Below, in pieces: positions 1 to 10,177 of a stretch of 58,506 nucleotides of DNA; position 1 is the stretch's first letter, and every line of letters starts with the position of its first letter. The translations under genes and the position numbers were made by a program. Source of the DNA: Gemmatimonadaceae bacterium (GTDB lineage Bacteria > Gemmatimonadota > Gemmatimonadetes > Gemmatimonadales > Gemmatimonadaceae). Below the pieces are notes generated by a model. It searched no databases and had not been told where the DNA came from. It saw nothing but the letters and a program-made list of their open reading frames with translations. The DNA lies in assembly GCA_044224875.1 (NCBI GenBank), contig JBGAJQ010000031.1, forward strand, positions 1-58,506, in the 5' to 3' direction.

Positions 1-279
1 CCGATGTCCGATTCGCTCGGTGCCAAGAATGGCAGGATTCAGGGTGAGATGCAGAAGCTCATGAAGGACGCTGGAGCGAATCCCGACTTTGGCGCGCTCA
101 TGGGCAAGATTCGCCCCAAGTCGGAGGAGATGCAGAAGAATTCGCGCGAGGCGTTAGCGGCGGCGCAGACGATCCTCACCCCGGCGCAGTGGACCAAAGT
201 GCCGGATCGAATCAAGAACCCGCGGGCCGGGTTTGGTGGTCCGGGCCAGGGCCAGCAGCGGCGCCCGCCTTCGAACTGA
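1..279 (+). CDS. 3' end of a gene truncated by the window edge (helical C-terminal region with a Gly/Pro/Gln tail); product unknown
   Basis: Open frame from base 1 to TGA at 277-279 with GC3-rich codons; followed by a perfect palindrome. Confidence 0.7.
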   Translation, partial: PMSDSLGAKNGRIQGEMQKLMKDAGANPDFGALMGKIRPKSEEMQKNSREALAAAQTILTPAQWTKVPDRIKNPRAGFGGPGQGQQRRPPSN

Positions 280-303
280 TGCCGCAAGGACAACACGTTA
301 GGA

Positions 304-331
304 CCGGGGCCGCATCGCGATGCGGCCCCGG
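304..331. terminator. Perfect 28-bp palindrome between convergent genes; probable bidirectional terminator hairpin
   Basis: CCGGGGCCGCATCGCGATGCGGCCCCGG equals its own reverse complement; lies between stops at 279 (+) and 449 (-); no U-tract. Confidence 0.55.
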
Positions 332-448
332 GCTACATGGGGGCCTGTGAAGGCCCCGAGGCCGTGGCTCCCCGAAGGCACCGACGATGGCCCAATCGCA
401 CGACGCATTCACACCAACCCGCCACGCGACCCGATGAGCGCGCGTGTG

Positions 449-1603
449 CTACGGGGTGATCCAGGGATTGGAGAGCTTGGGGTTCGTGATGAACGTCGAA
501 TCCGTCAGGCTCTCCAGGAACGCGATGAGGTCAGACTTCTCCGCCGCGGAAATTGCGAAACCGGTCACGAGCGGACTCTTATACGGATTCGACCGCCCTA
601 CGCCGGCGTTCACCCCGGTGGAGATCGTTCGGCCACCTGCCGCGTAGTGGTCAATCACCTCACTGAGCGACCCTAACGATCCATCGTGCATGTAAGGGAA
701 GGTCAGTGCAATGTTCCGCAGGGTGGGAACCTTGAACTTCCCCATGTCCGACGCCACGCCGGTGTGAGCGATGAGTCCTGTATTCGGCGCGGGATAACCG
801 CCCGTCCCACCGATGTTGTACAAGCCGTTGTTGACGTACTCGGGTTCGGCGACAGGAGCGCCGACGTACGTGGCAAAGTTCGTGAACAGCGTGCCGCCGT
901 GGCACTCGGAACACTTCAGGCGCGAACTCCGGAACAGTCCTTCGCCACGGATCGCCGCCGCCGAAATGGCGGCGGCGGCCCCGTGAACAAATCGATCGTA
1001 CGGCGAGTTGCCGGACAGCAAGGTGCGCTGGAACGAGGCGAGGGCGTTCGCCACGTTCTCGATGGAGAAGGCATCTGGCACGCCAGGATATGCCGCCGCG
1101 AACAGCTGCCGGTACAAGGCGACGTCCCGCAGACGCTGCAACACCTCCGCCTCGCGTCCCTTCAGCCCCAACTCCACTGGGGCCTCGTTGAACATCGGGA
1201 TGGGTGCCTGGTCTTCGAGCTGACGGGTGTCCGGATCGGCCCACCCGAAGGCCGGCTGATACGCGACGTTGGTCAGTTCCATGCTGTTCCGCGGATGCGC
1301 CTCACCCGTGGAGCCAAAGGGAACGTTGCGCGCATCGGCGAAGGCGTTCTCCTGCCGATGACAAGACGAACAGGAGAAGTTCTGGATGCCGGACAACCGC
1401 GTGTCGTAAAAGAGCCGACGCCCCAGTTCGACCTTCGCGTCCGACATGGGGTTCTGCGCAGGAACGATCGGCGTTGGGAAACCCGCCGGAAGCGACCAGC
1501 GGAAGCTGGCGGGATTGCCCGACGGAATGATGGGCCCCGTGGCGTTTCCATCGGCGCAAGCCACGGCCAGGACGACTGTGAGCGGCAACCATCGCATGAA
1601 CAC
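449..1603 (-). CDS. mbnH: MbnH-family di-heme cytochrome c peroxidase-like enzyme, lipoprotein
   Basis: Two CxxCH motifs (CSSCH, CSECH); FRWSLPAGFPTP..NPMSDAKVELGRRLFYD, FKVPTLRNIALTFPYMHDG, LIAFLESLTD; lipobox AVAC; ATG at 1597 is an alternative start. Confidence 0.85.
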   Translation of the reverse strand: MFMRWLPLTVVLAVACADGNATGPIIPSGNPASFRWSLPAGFPTPIVPAQNPMSDAKVELGRRLFYDTRLSGIQNFSCSSCHRQENAFADARNVPFGSTGEAHPRNSMELTNVAYQPAFGWADPDTRQLEDQAPIPMFNEAPVELGLKGREAEVLQRLRDVALYRQLFAAAYPGVPDAFSIENVANALASFQRTLLSGNSPYDRFVHGAAAAISAAAIRGEGLFRSSRLKCSECHGGTLFTNFATYVGAPVAEPEYVNNGLYNIGGTGGYPAPNTGLIAHTGVASDMGKFKVPTLRNIALTFPYMHDGSLGSLSEVIDHYAAGGRTISTGVNAGVGRSNPYKSPLVTGFAISAAEKSDLIAFLESLTDSTFITNPKLSNPWITP

Positions 1604-1700
1604 AACTATGGATAGACGGCTGCGGCTTCGTCCAGATCGCGACGCGGCAGAAAGCCCGCCGTTCGGAGGTCGTCGGGACCCGTTCGGGCGACGCGAGCGG

Positions 1701-4169
1701 CTACTTCGTCCAGATCACGACGGTCCCGCACGCTGCCGCCGGCCCCGTGAACTGAAGTGGCGTCTCGGACGCCGCCTTGTAGACCTCGATCCCGACGACG
1801 TCATCGAGCGGCAGCTGGTCGAGGGCGAACGGCGTCTCCCTGGCATCGCCGGACATCTCCGGATACACACGCGTTCCGTTGAGGAACACCTGCGAAAAAC
1901 AGGGATCCGTCGAACTCAAGTTGCGATACCTGCGCGATGCCACGGCGTACCCACCGCCCGTGAAACCACGGTTGTTGACGCGCACGAGGACGAGCCCCCC
2001 AGCGATCGTCATGACGATGCTGCTGAGCGAGTGGGCGCGCGTGCGTTCAATGTCCTTTGCATCGGCAAAATGGCCAAAACCGACGCGGCGTCGACTTTCG
2101 AACTCACGCATCCCGATCCGCATCGGCTCGGCCGAAGCGGTCACCGCTACCGTGGGGAGCAGCGTTGCCAATGGCGACAGCCGCACGGTCAGCGTGTCGC
2201 CACCGGCAGCCCCCAGGGTAACCACCCGCTGCGACGGGGCGAAGCCAAGGTGTCGTACCTGCAGCGCGACGTTGCCTAACGGCAAGTCATCGAACTGAAA
2301 ATTTCCCGTCGCCGACGTGCGGGACGAGCGCGTGGTGCCAGCAATCCAGATCTCCGCGTCGGCCAGCGGAGCGCCCGAAGAGTCGTTGGCCACGACGCGC
2401 CCGCTCAGCGATCCACGGCCAGGGACCGGCGGTGTCGCGAGGAGGGCCGTCGACGTGGCAGTCTGCGGGGCTGCGATGACGCGCGTGCCGCCTCCCGCAC
2501 TATCCGCGGCAACGACCAGCACGGAGAACGCACTATTGATCTGGACTGGATCACCCCACACCGGCACACCGGGGAGCCGCAACCGGACCGCGCCCCGGGT
2601 ATCCATGTCGCAGAACGCGATGACTCCACGCCAATCGCTGGTGCGCTCCTGCCGCGACTCGCGCTGTCGCAGCTGATCCAACCCGCGGCCCTCGAATGTC
2701 GTCAGTTGCAGCTGTAAGCGTTGGCCCCGGCGCAATTGTCGCGTCGTCGCGTCGCGTAGCACCAGCACCAGCGCGCCGTCGGTCGCCTTCCGTTTGCGGG
2801 ATGGACATACCCCCGCAATGGAGGACGCCACGGTGAGCTCCGGACTCCAACGCCGCGTGGCGTTTCCATCAACCAACATCGTGGTGTCCGCCATCACGGT
2901 GGATGTGCCCAGGTCGCCCATCCTCAGGGCACGCACGAGGTAGCGACCAGGAATCACGTCGGCGATTCGATAAGTGCCCGTGCTGTCCGACGTCGACGTC
3001 AAGCCCGTTCCCAGCAGTTCAAACTCCACACCCGGCAGCGGACGTCGTGCGGAATCACGCACCTCGCCAGCGATGACAGGCAAGCGACCTTGCCCCATGC
3101 CCAGAACAAAGCCCCCCTCCTCGGAGATCATGGCGACGCTGTCTTCGGTTTCGTCTCCGAGGCGGCGTGTGCCCACCGCGGCGATCCGGCGCGTCCGTTG
3201 AACAACTGGCACCCGGATCTGCCAGGCGTCGATCGTCCAGCTGCCGTCGGCTTGCCGCACGTACGAAGCAAATCCGCCAAAATCTGCCAACGGATCCAGC
3301 GTCTTGAGCACCGGATAGGTGAACTCGACGCGCCGCAACTCACGCGTCCGCGCATCCACCCACAACACGCCTTCGACGTCCTCGGCGACAAATCGCTTGT
3401 GCGGCCAAAAGGCAATGCCAATCAGCCGCTCGGCGCCATCACGCGAGTCCAAGCCGTAACAGTGACGGGCAATGAACTCCGGCGCGATCAGGGTCTCTGC
3501 GTCCGGTGCATTGAACGTCACGCTGCCATCTGCATTCTCGATGCGAAATCCAGTCTTCGCCAGCTCCGACGCGGCGAGGGCGGTGAACGATTGCCAGTTC
3601 CCACCCGTTCGCACGGTCCGCGTCTCGTTCAAGACCAGCCCCGTGATAGGTTCCCGTGTTCGCACGTAGCGCATGACCGACGCCGTTTCGTGCCGAACGC
3701 CGCGAGACGTGACGGCGCCCGCGAGCGCGCTCCATACGTCGTTCCAGACGACCGACGCATCGCCCGACAATTCGGCGCGCGCACGACAGCTGCTCTCCCG
3801 CTCCACGCGGACACCGGTGAGCGAGATCGGCGCGCGCTCCATCACGATGTCTCGGCGAACCGTCTCCTCGGACTGCACGGAGAGGCGCGTCTGCGTTGGC
3901 CGATACCCGATCGCTCGCACTTCGAGCACCCAGTCGCCGGCCGCCGGTGGCCGCCAGCTGTATTGGCCAGACACGTCGCTCATTACTCGCGAAGCGCCGC
4001 TCATCAGGCTGTCCCTGCCGCCAGATACAATCGCGCCAACAACCGGCGCGCCCGTTTCGCGGTCGGTAATCGCCCCACGAACAATCTGGGCTGGCAGCGC
4101 GCGAGCCCAGCCGACCGCCACTGCGGCGAGTGTCACGACGGCACGTGCACAAGCGCGGTGGCGCGACAT
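1701..4169 (-). CDS. Secreted protein with three carboxypeptidase-regulatory-like (CarboxypepD_reg) domains and a C-terminal TonB-receptor plug-like domain
   Basis: Signal peptide; repeated motifs GAITDRETGAPVVGA / GEVRDSARRPLPGV / GRVVANDSSGAPLADA; C-terminal DDVVGIEVYK...CGTVVIWTK; ATG 1 nt after the upstream stop. Confidence 0.8.
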   Translation of the reverse strand: MSRHRACARAVVTLAAVAVGWARALPAQIVRGAITDRETGAPVVGAIVSGGRDSLMSGASRVMSDVSGQYSWRPPAAGDWVLEVRAIGYRPTQTRLSVQSEETVRRDIVMERAPISLTGVRVERESSCRARAELSGDASVVWNDVWSALAGAVTSRGVRHETASVMRYVRTREPITGLVLNETRTVRTGGNWQSFTALAASELAKTGFRIENADGSVTFNAPDAETLIAPEFIARHCYGLDSRDGAERLIGIAFWPHKRFVAEDVEGVLWVDARTRELRRVEFTYPVLKTLDPLADFGGFASYVRQADGSWTIDAWQIRVPVVQRTRRIAAVGTRRLGDETEDSVAMISEEGGFVLGMGQGRLPVIAGEVRDSARRPLPGVEFELLGTGLTSTSDSTGTYRIADVIPGRYLVRALRMGDLGTSTVMADTTMLVDGNATRRWSPELTVASSIAGVCPSRKRKATDGALVLVLRDATTRQLRRGQRLQLQLTTFEGRGLDQLRQRESRQERTSDWRGVIAFCDMDTRGAVRLRLPGVPVWGDPVQINSAFSVLVVAADSAGGGTRVIAAPQTATSTALLATPPVPGRGSLSGRVVANDSSGAPLADAEIWIAGTTRSSRTSATGNFQFDDLPLGNVALQVRHLGFAPSQRVVTLGAAGGDTLTVRLSPLATLLPTVAVTASAEPMRIGMREFESRRRVGFGHFADAKDIERTRAHSLSSIVMTIAGGLVLVRVNNRGFTGGGYAVASRRYRNLSSTDPCFSQVFLNGTRVYPEMSGDARETPFALDQLPLDDVVGIEVYKAASETPLQFTGPAAACGTVVIWTK

Positions 4170-4170
4170 C

Positions 4171-5622
4171 CTATTTACGGTAGTCGAGGGCCGGCTTCCG
4201 CCCTTCAAGCCTCGTCTTGTAGACGAAGCCCGGACCACGGCGCTGGTCAAACTCCGCGCGAGCCTTCTGGATGTGTGTGGAGTCCGTGAACAACGCCATC
4301 GCGGTAAGGGTCATCGTCTTGGCGGCCACCATCATGCCCTTCGCGCCGATGGACGTGCCGCCAGCCGCAACCGCTTGCCACGAATGTGCCGGCGTGCCCG
4401 GCACCCAGGTTGCCGCTGACAGCTGAACCGTCGGCACCTTCCAACTCACGTCGCCCATGTCACTCGAGGCCATGTCCACCTTTCCCCCCTCCCACGGCAA
4501 TACCATGGAGGCGTTCTCGATCGGTGGCAAGTTGCCCTGTAACGACGTCCGCAGTTTCTGAGCGAAAGCCAGCTCCTCCGGCGTGTACTGGTACCCTCCC
4601 ACACGCTCCAGCCTCTGGTACTGCAGGTGTGACAGGTACTCGTTCGGAAGGACGTTCCAGGTGGCCCCGATCAACTCCATGTCCATGGTGGTCCCCGTGC
4701 CCATCGCCGCGCCCTTGGCCGCGTTCACGATACGGTCCCAGATCTCACCAAGCACGCGCATGTCGTTGTGTCGTGCGTAGTAGTACACCTCGGCAAAATC
4801 CGGAACCACGTTAGGCGCCCGGCCGCCATTGGTGATGACGTAGTGGATGCGCGTCTCCTGAGGCACGTGTTCACGCATCATGTTCACCATGTTGTCCATC
4901 GCCTCCACGGCGTCTAGCGCCGAGCGACCCTTGTCCGGGGCGCCAGCGGCATGCGCGGACACACCACGAAAACGGAACTTCGCCGACACGTTCGCCAGCA
5001 CACTGTTGGCATCGACCGAGTTGGCGTCGCCTGGATGCCACGCGACAACTGCGTCCACGTCATCGAACAGCCCATCACGTACCATGTACACCTTGCCCGA
5101 GCCACCTTCTTCGGCTGGCGTGCCGTAGAAACGGACGGTGCCGGCGATCTTGTTCGCCGCCATCCACTCCTTCACGGCGATCGCGGCCGCCGTGGACGCC
5201 GTGCCAAACAGGTGGTGACCGCATCCGTGGCCAGGCGCGCCTTCCGCGATCGGGTGTTTGTCCGGAGCCGCGTCTTGCGAAAGTCCCGGCAAGGCATCGA
5301 ACTCTCCCACAATTCCGATCACTGGCTTTCCGCTCCCGTAGGTCGCTGTGAATGCCGTGGGAATCCCGGCGACGCCACTGTCCACGCGAAATCCGGCAGC
5401 GGCCAACTCCCCTCGCAGCATCGCGCTGCTCCGGTACTCCTGATAGCCGACTTCGGCGAAACCCCAGATGCTCTTGGCGACTTCGGCGTAGTGTCCGCTC
5501 TTTGCGTCGAGTGCAGCCAGTATCGGAGTCGCTGCGTCCGATTTTGGCTTGGCCCTCGCCTGCGCCGCGACCGGAGCGGGGATGGCGAGGAGCATGGCGA
5601 GACAGGTGATGATTCGACGCAT
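4171..5622 (-). CDS. M20 amidohydrolase, AbgB (aminobenzoyl-glutamate hydrolase B)-like, with signal peptide
   Basis: EFDALPG, GHGCGHH, GTPAEEGGSGK, WHPG, SSDMGDVSW, PAHSWQ. Confidence 0.9.
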   Translation of the reverse strand: MRRIITCLAMLLAIPAPVAAQARAKPKSDAATPILAALDAKSGHYAEVAKSIWGFAEVGYQEYRSSAMLRGELAAAGFRVDSGVAGIPTAFTATYGSGKPVIGIVGEFDALPGLSQDAAPDKHPIAEGAPGHGCGHHLFGTASTAAAIAVKEWMAANKIAGTVRFYGTPAEEGGSGKVYMVRDGLFDDVDAVVAWHPGDANSVDANSVLANVSAKFRFRGVSAHAAGAPDKGRSALDAVEAMDNMVNMMREHVPQETRIHYVITNGGRAPNVVPDFAEVYYYARHNDMRVLGEIWDRIVNAAKGAAMGTGTTMDMELIGATWNVLPNEYLSHLQYQRLERVGGYQYTPEELAFAQKLRTSLQGNLPPIENASMVLPWEGGKVDMASSDMGDVSWKVPTVQLSAATWVPGTPAHSWQAVAAGGTSIGAKGMMVAAKTMTLTAMALFTDSTHIQKARAEFDQRRGPGFVYKTRLEGRKPALDYRK

Positions 5623-5767
5623 GGGAGTTGGTGGCGAAAGGATGGAGGTGACGCCAACGTAGGGATCGCTTGGTGTGGCGTCAAACCATTGGAGACTCCC
5701 GGATCACTTGGAGGCTGCCCAACCACGCGCTGCTCCGCATTTTTTAGGGAACCCGACCTCTGCACAA

Positions 5768-7150
5768 ATGCGACTCATGTCCCGACTGCTTATACCGCTC
5801 TTCATCTGCGCAATCGCAGCTGCGTCCGCCCTGTCCGCGCAGGCGACCGATGCGCCGCGTCGCGTGACGCTTCGTGAGCGATCGTCGGAACCGGAACTAC
5901 TTCCGTGGTCCAAGCAGATTGAGGTACGCGAAGGCTGGCTCCCCAAGCGTCATCAGATGCTGTTGGACATGATGCGGCGTCGCGGCATCGAAATGTGGCT
6001 CGTGGTGAACGAGGAGTTCCATGACGATCCCATAGTGCCGACGATCGCACCGCCGCGGGTCTATACGGGCAATCGCGACATCTTCGTATTCATCGACACC
6101 GGTGGCACCTCGTTGCGAAAGGTCGCCATCACGGGCTACGCCGAGGAGACGGTGCAGAGGTTCTTCGAGTCGCCGACCGAGCCAAAGCCTCCGGCCCAAA
6201 CGCTGGCCGCCTTGTACCAGCAGCACCACCCGAAGAAGATCGCGTTAGGGATTGGCGGTGCGCGTGGCGTGACGCGTACGCTCACCCACGACACCTACCA
6301 GTTTCTCAGCGACGCGATGGGCCCCGAGGCGACGTCGCGTTTTGTGCCGGCCGCGGACTTGCTGGAGGAGTACCTGGACACGCGCATCCCCGAGGAAGCT
6401 CGCTACTATGAAACAGCGGTGAAGCTGACGGAAGACATCACCCGTCGCGCCCTGTCCAACGAGGTGATCGTCCCCGGCAAGACCACCGTGGGCGACGTGC
6501 GGAACTGGCTCTACGACGCGCTCTGGTCCCATCGTGTCGGCACGTGGTTCCAACCGGACTTGCGGGTGCAACGGGCCAGCATGCAGAAGAACACGTCGCG
6601 TGGATTCCTGGCCGTCGCGGCCGAGAGCACCGTCATTCGTCGGGGTGATGTGGTGCATCTCGACTTCGGCATCAGCTACATGGGTTTCGATACCGACTGG
6701 CAGAAGATGGCCTACGTGCTCCGTCCCGGCGAACGGGATGCCCCGCGCGGGCTCAAGCAGGCAATGGCCAACACGAACGCCCTGCAGGATGTCCTCATGC
6801 GCACCTATTCGCGCCCGGGTGCTCTGGTCTCTGACGTGTACGATTCCACCATGGCCGAGATGAAGCGGCGGGGGATCAATGCGCAGGTCTATTCACATCC
6901 CATCGGCAATCAAGGGCACGGACTCGGCGCGGCGATCGACTTCCGCGCCGCTCAACGCCCGGAGCTCGGTGCACAAGGGCGGCGCCTGCGGAAGGGTTCG
7001 TACATCTCCATCGAACTGAACACACGAACGGCCGTGCCCGAATGGGACGGCCAAGACGTGTTTGTCATGATGGAAGACGACGCGCACCTGGAGGACGATG
7101 GGTGGACGTTCTTTCGTCCACGACAAACCGCCTGGTACCTGATTCGTTAG
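5768..7150 (+). CDS. Secreted M24 (Xaa-Pro aminopeptidase-like) metallopeptidase
   Basis: Signal peptide; metal-ligand motifs HLDFG, DTDWQ, YSHPIG, SIELN, MEDD. Confidence 0.85.
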   Translation: MRLMSRLLIPLFICAIAAASALSAQATDAPRRVTLRERSSEPELLPWSKQIEVREGWLPKRHQMLLDMMRRRGIEMWLVVNEEFHDDPIVPTIAPPRVYTGNRDIFVFIDTGGTSLRKVAITGYAEETVQRFFESPTEPKPPAQTLAALYQQHHPKKIALGIGGARGVTRTLTHDTYQFLSDAMGPEATSRFVPAADLLEEYLDTRIPEEARYYETAVKLTEDITRRALSNEVIVPGKTTVGDVRNWLYDALWSHRVGTWFQPDLRVQRASMQKNTSRGFLAVAAESTVIRRGDVVHLDFGISYMGFDTDWQKMAYVLRPGERDAPRGLKQAMANTNALQDVLMRTYSRPGALVSDVYDSTMAEMKRRGINAQVYSHPIGNQGHGLGAAIDFRAAQRPELGAQGRRLRKGSYISIELNTRTAVPEWDGQDVFVMMEDDAHLEDDGWTFFRPRQTAWYLIR

Positions 7151-7174
7151 GTATCGATTGAACGTCCTCGGTGC

Positions 7175-8098
7175 CTACTGAGGCGCGATGGTGAAGTCGA
7201 CCAGAACGTCATTCACAAAGCGCGTCGTGACCTTCATGCCATCCTTGCGGTAGGAGCGATGCAAGATGGTCAGCGTGCCTTCCTTTGATTCCGTTGCGGT
7301 CGAAGCAGGGCCAAGGAGCGCCTCGACGTCGGCGAGCGGCATGCCCTTACGAAGGGACGAAAGCGAGCCCGCCGTTGTTGCTGGCGGCTGAGCCGCGGTC
7401 GTCGGTGGTGTACCTTTCGCTGTAGAGGCAATGGTGCCCGCGGTTCCAGAGAAATCCACATACTGGGCCAGGGATTGCATGACCCCCTCAGGTGTCAGGG
7501 CATCCAACGGAATGCCCTCCTTGTACCGGATGTTGAATCGACTCCCGGCTTCGGCCTTTTTTTGTCGAAGCAGCGTTTCTCGGGCGGCATTCGCTTGAAG
7601 GGCCTCGGCCTTGGCCCGGTCATTCTCCCGCTCTCGGGATTCTCGAGCGTTGGCCAGCTCCTTCTCGAAGCGCTTGCGGCTAGTTGGTCCCGGTGCCGCC
7701 TTGATGGAGTCCTTCAGCGCGCGCTCGAGCTTGCTCTCAGGTTCAGACGACGCTGACACGGACGAGGGCGTGTAGTCGCCGAAGGTTCCGTAGCCGCCTC
7801 CAGCCAACTGAAATTCGATGTGGGAGTCGCGCTTCACGACTACCTTGGTAACCATGACCTGCTGGCCCATCTTCACCGCGACGCCGTGGTCTTTGATTCG
7901 ATCGGCGACCTCGCGGAAGTTCACGGGCATGGTCTGCTGGGGGAAGACTTCAACACCACGGGCCGTCGCGGGCATGTCGATCTTGATGGTGACTACCTTG
8001 CCCTCGAAGGCCGCGCGCAGCGCATTCTCGTTTTGCGCAGACGCCTGCCGGGCGCCTAACGATGTGATGGCGACAGTGAGGATGACGATCCTTCGCAT
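7175..8098 (-). CDS. Secreted hypothetical protein with a central coiled coil and a C-terminal SmpA/BamE-like motif
   Basis: Signal peptide ending ASA-Q; C-terminal LRKGMPLADVEALLGPA; RBS GAAGGA. Confidence 0.7.
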   Translation of the reverse strand: MRRIVILTVAITSLGARQASAQNENALRAAFEGKVVTIKIDMPATARGVEVFPQQTMPVNFREVADRIKDHGVAVKMGQQVMVTKVVVKRDSHIEFQLAGGGYGTFGDYTPSSVSASSEPESKLERALKDSIKAAPGPTSRKRFEKELANARESRERENDRAKAEALQANAARETLLRQKKAEAGSRFNIRYKEGIPLDALTPEGVMQSLAQYVDFSGTAGTIASTAKGTPPTTAAQPPATTAGSLSSLRKGMPLADVEALLGPASTATESKEGTLTILHRSYRKDGMKVTTRFVNDVLVDFTIAPQ

Positions 8099-8164
8099 GA
8101 CATTCCTTCCGTTGTTCTGCCAGCTCGACCAGCCGGCCCGATGGGTTTTCGCCCGGAGTGCTCG

Positions 8165-8734
8165 ATGAATGACGACGGCAAACTCCGCCCGGCGGTTTCA
8201 ACAATCTGCGTCTTCTGCGGGTCGGCGTCAGGGGCCCGCACTGAATATGCGCAATCTGCCCGCCAGTTCGGACAACTGCTTGCCAATCAGGGCATCGGGG
8301 TGGTCTTTGGTGGCGGGAAAGTCGGGCTGATGGGTGAGGTGGCCAACGGCGCGCTGGAGGCCGGTGGTCGGGTGGTCGGGGTCATGCCCCGCGGGCTGGT
8401 TGAGCGCGAGATAGCCCACGACGGCCTCACCGCGTTGCACATCGTGGAGACCATGCACGAGCGAAAGGCCATGATGGCTGAGCTGTCCGAGGCGTTTGTG
8501 GCCCTGCCCGGAGGCCTGGGGACCCTTGATGAGCTATTCGAAATCTGGACGTGGTTTCAACTGGGCCTGCACCACAAGCCCATAGGCGTGTTCAACATTC
8601 GCGGCTTCTTCGATCCACTGTTGGCCGCCGTGGCCGCTGCCTCACGCGAGGGATTCGTCCGGGCGAGTCTCGCCAACAGCCTCGTCGTCAGCACCAACGC
8701 ATCGGCCTTGGTGAAGGCGCTCTGCGCGCAGTAG
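8165..8734 (+). CDS. LOG-family nucleotide monophosphate phosphoribohydrolase (TIGR00730-like)
   Basis: ICVFCGS, GGGKVGLMG, MHERKAMM, PGGLGTLDELFE. Confidence 0.92.
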   Translation: MNDDGKLRPAVSTICVFCGSASGARTEYAQSARQFGQLLANQGIGVVFGGGKVGLMGEVANGALEAGGRVVGVMPRGLVEREIAHDGLTALHIVETMHERKAMMAELSEAFVALPGGLGTLDELFEIWTWFQLGLHHKPIGVFNIRGFFDPLLAAVAAASREGFVRASLANSLVVSTNASALVKALCAQ

Positions 8735-8773
8735 CCACTGCGTCGCTTCCTCTTGGCAACGCCCGCTCGTCAC

Positions 8774-10177
8774 CTACGGCCCGCGCCGTCGACCGAATGC
8801 AGGGTCGATCGTCACCAGCGCCGGCGCAACAAATCCTGGTATCGTGGAAACAAGCACCCAGAGAAAGAACCCGCGGTAGCCTAACGCTTCCTGCAAGGCG
8901 CCGCTGAACATGCCGGGAACCATCATGCCAAGCGCCATGATCCCGGTGGCCATCGCATAATGCGCCGTCTGATGAGGTCCTTCGGCCACATACAAGAGGT
9001 ACATCACGTAGGCGGCGAATCCAAAACCGTACCCGAACTGTTCCAAGGCAATCGCAGCCGATATCAACCCGAGGTTCTGCGGTTGCAGTGTTGCCAAGGC
9101 AAGGAACACGGCATCGGGCGCGTGCAGGGCCACCACGCAATACCACAGAATGCGCTTCAGTCCCCAGCGCGCACCGGCTAGTCCCCCGAGAATACCGCCC
9201 AGGAGCAGCGCTGCGACGCCGATCGTACCATAGGCGACGCCCACCTGCGCCGTGGTGAGACCCAAGCCACCAACACTCCGTGGATCGAGCAGAAAAGGGG
9301 TGACGAGCTTCACCAGCTGGGCCTCGGCAAATCGATACAGGAGCAGGAACGCCAAAATGCGGCCGATGCCAGGCTTCGCGAAGAACGATGCAAACACCTC
9401 GCGCCACTCATGAAGCTCACCGAGCAATGCCGATCGCGGACCGCTCCCTTCCATTCTACGGTCGTGATCGGCCGCCGGCCGAGCACTCCCTTCAGTCCCG
9501 CGGTCGCGATCGGCCTGCCGCCGACCGCCGGCTTCAGTCTCGCGGTTGCGATCGGCCGCCGGCCGAGGCAAGACGAGGGTGTGATAGGCTGCGAGTAGGG
9601 AGAAAACCACGGCCACGGCAGCCATGGCCAGCGACCACGCCGATCTTTCGTCACCAACGACGATCTCGAGTTGCCCCGCCAGCACCACCAGCGCGCCTTG
9701 GCCGACGATCATGGCCAGCCGATAGAATGTGCTGCGCAGTCCGACGAAGGCGGCTTGCTCATGGGGCGGGAGCGCCAGCATGTAGAACCCGTCGCAGGCA
9801 ATGTCGTGCGTCGCCGAGACAACGGCCATGACCGCAAATACGGCGAGCGAAAGTGCAACATAGGCCGAAGCGTGGAGCGCGCCGGAGATCGCGAAGACGG
9901 ACGCCGCACCCAGCCACTGCATAACGAGCGTCCACCAGCGGCGCGTTCGCTGCAGGTCAACCATCGGACTCCACAGCGGCTTGATCACCCACGGCAGGTA
10001 TAACCAGCTGGTGACGAACGCGATGACGCTGTTCGACACGCCTAATCGCTTGTACATGACGACCGACACGGTCATCACCAGCACGTACGGCAGTCCCTGC
10101 GTGAAATACAGCGTTGGGACCCACGACATGGCGCGTGTGCTGGCCTTGGCGGGCACGGAGCTGTCGGTGTCGTTCAT
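8774..10177 (-). CDS. MFS transporter, AmpG-like
   Basis: WVPTLYFTQGLPY, PWVIKPLWSP, SATHDIACDGFY; multiple TM helices. Confidence 0.88.
   Translation of the reverse strand: MNDTDSSVPAKASTRAMSWVPTLYFTQGLPYVLVMTVSVVMYKRLGVSNSVIAFVTSWLYLPWVIKPLWSPMVDLQRTRRWWTLVMQWLGAASVFAISGALHASAYVALSLAVFAVMAVVSATHDIACDGFYMLALPPHEQAAFVGLRSTFYRLAMIVGQGALVVLAGQLEIVVGDERSAWSLAMAAVAVVFSLLAAYHTLVLPRPAADRNRETEAGGRRQADRDRGTEGSARPAADHDRRMEGSGPRSALLGELHEWREVFASFFAKPGIGRILAFLLLYRFAEAQLVKLVTPFLLDPRSVGGLGLTTAQVGVAYGTIGVAALLLGGILGGLAGARWGLKRILWYCVVALHAPDAVFLALATLQPQNLGLISAAIALEQFGYGFGFAAYVMYLLYVAEGPHQTAHYAMATGIMALGMMVPGMFSGALQEALGYRGFFLWVLVSTIPGFVAPALVTIDPAFGRRRGP
9439..9564. repeat. Three degenerate 42-bp tandem repeats inside the MFS gene (14-aa units)
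   Basis: Units at 9439-9480, 9481-9522 and 9523-9564 share CTTC...CGGT.G.GATCGGCC; peptides RPAADRNRETEAGG / RRQADRDRGTEGSA / RPAADHDRRMEGSG. Confidence 0.85.

Noticed and set aside
449..1603. Methanobactin biosynthetic cluster
   Set aside because: No MbnA precursor, MbnB/C or MbnP-like gene nearby.
8165..8734. Cytokinin production by the LOG protein
   Set aside because: LOG homologues are widespread nucleotide phosphoribohydrolases; no isopentenyltransferase context here.
9439..9564. CRISPR-like array
   Set aside because: Units are contiguous, degenerate, in-frame within a gene, have no spacers, and no cas genes are present.
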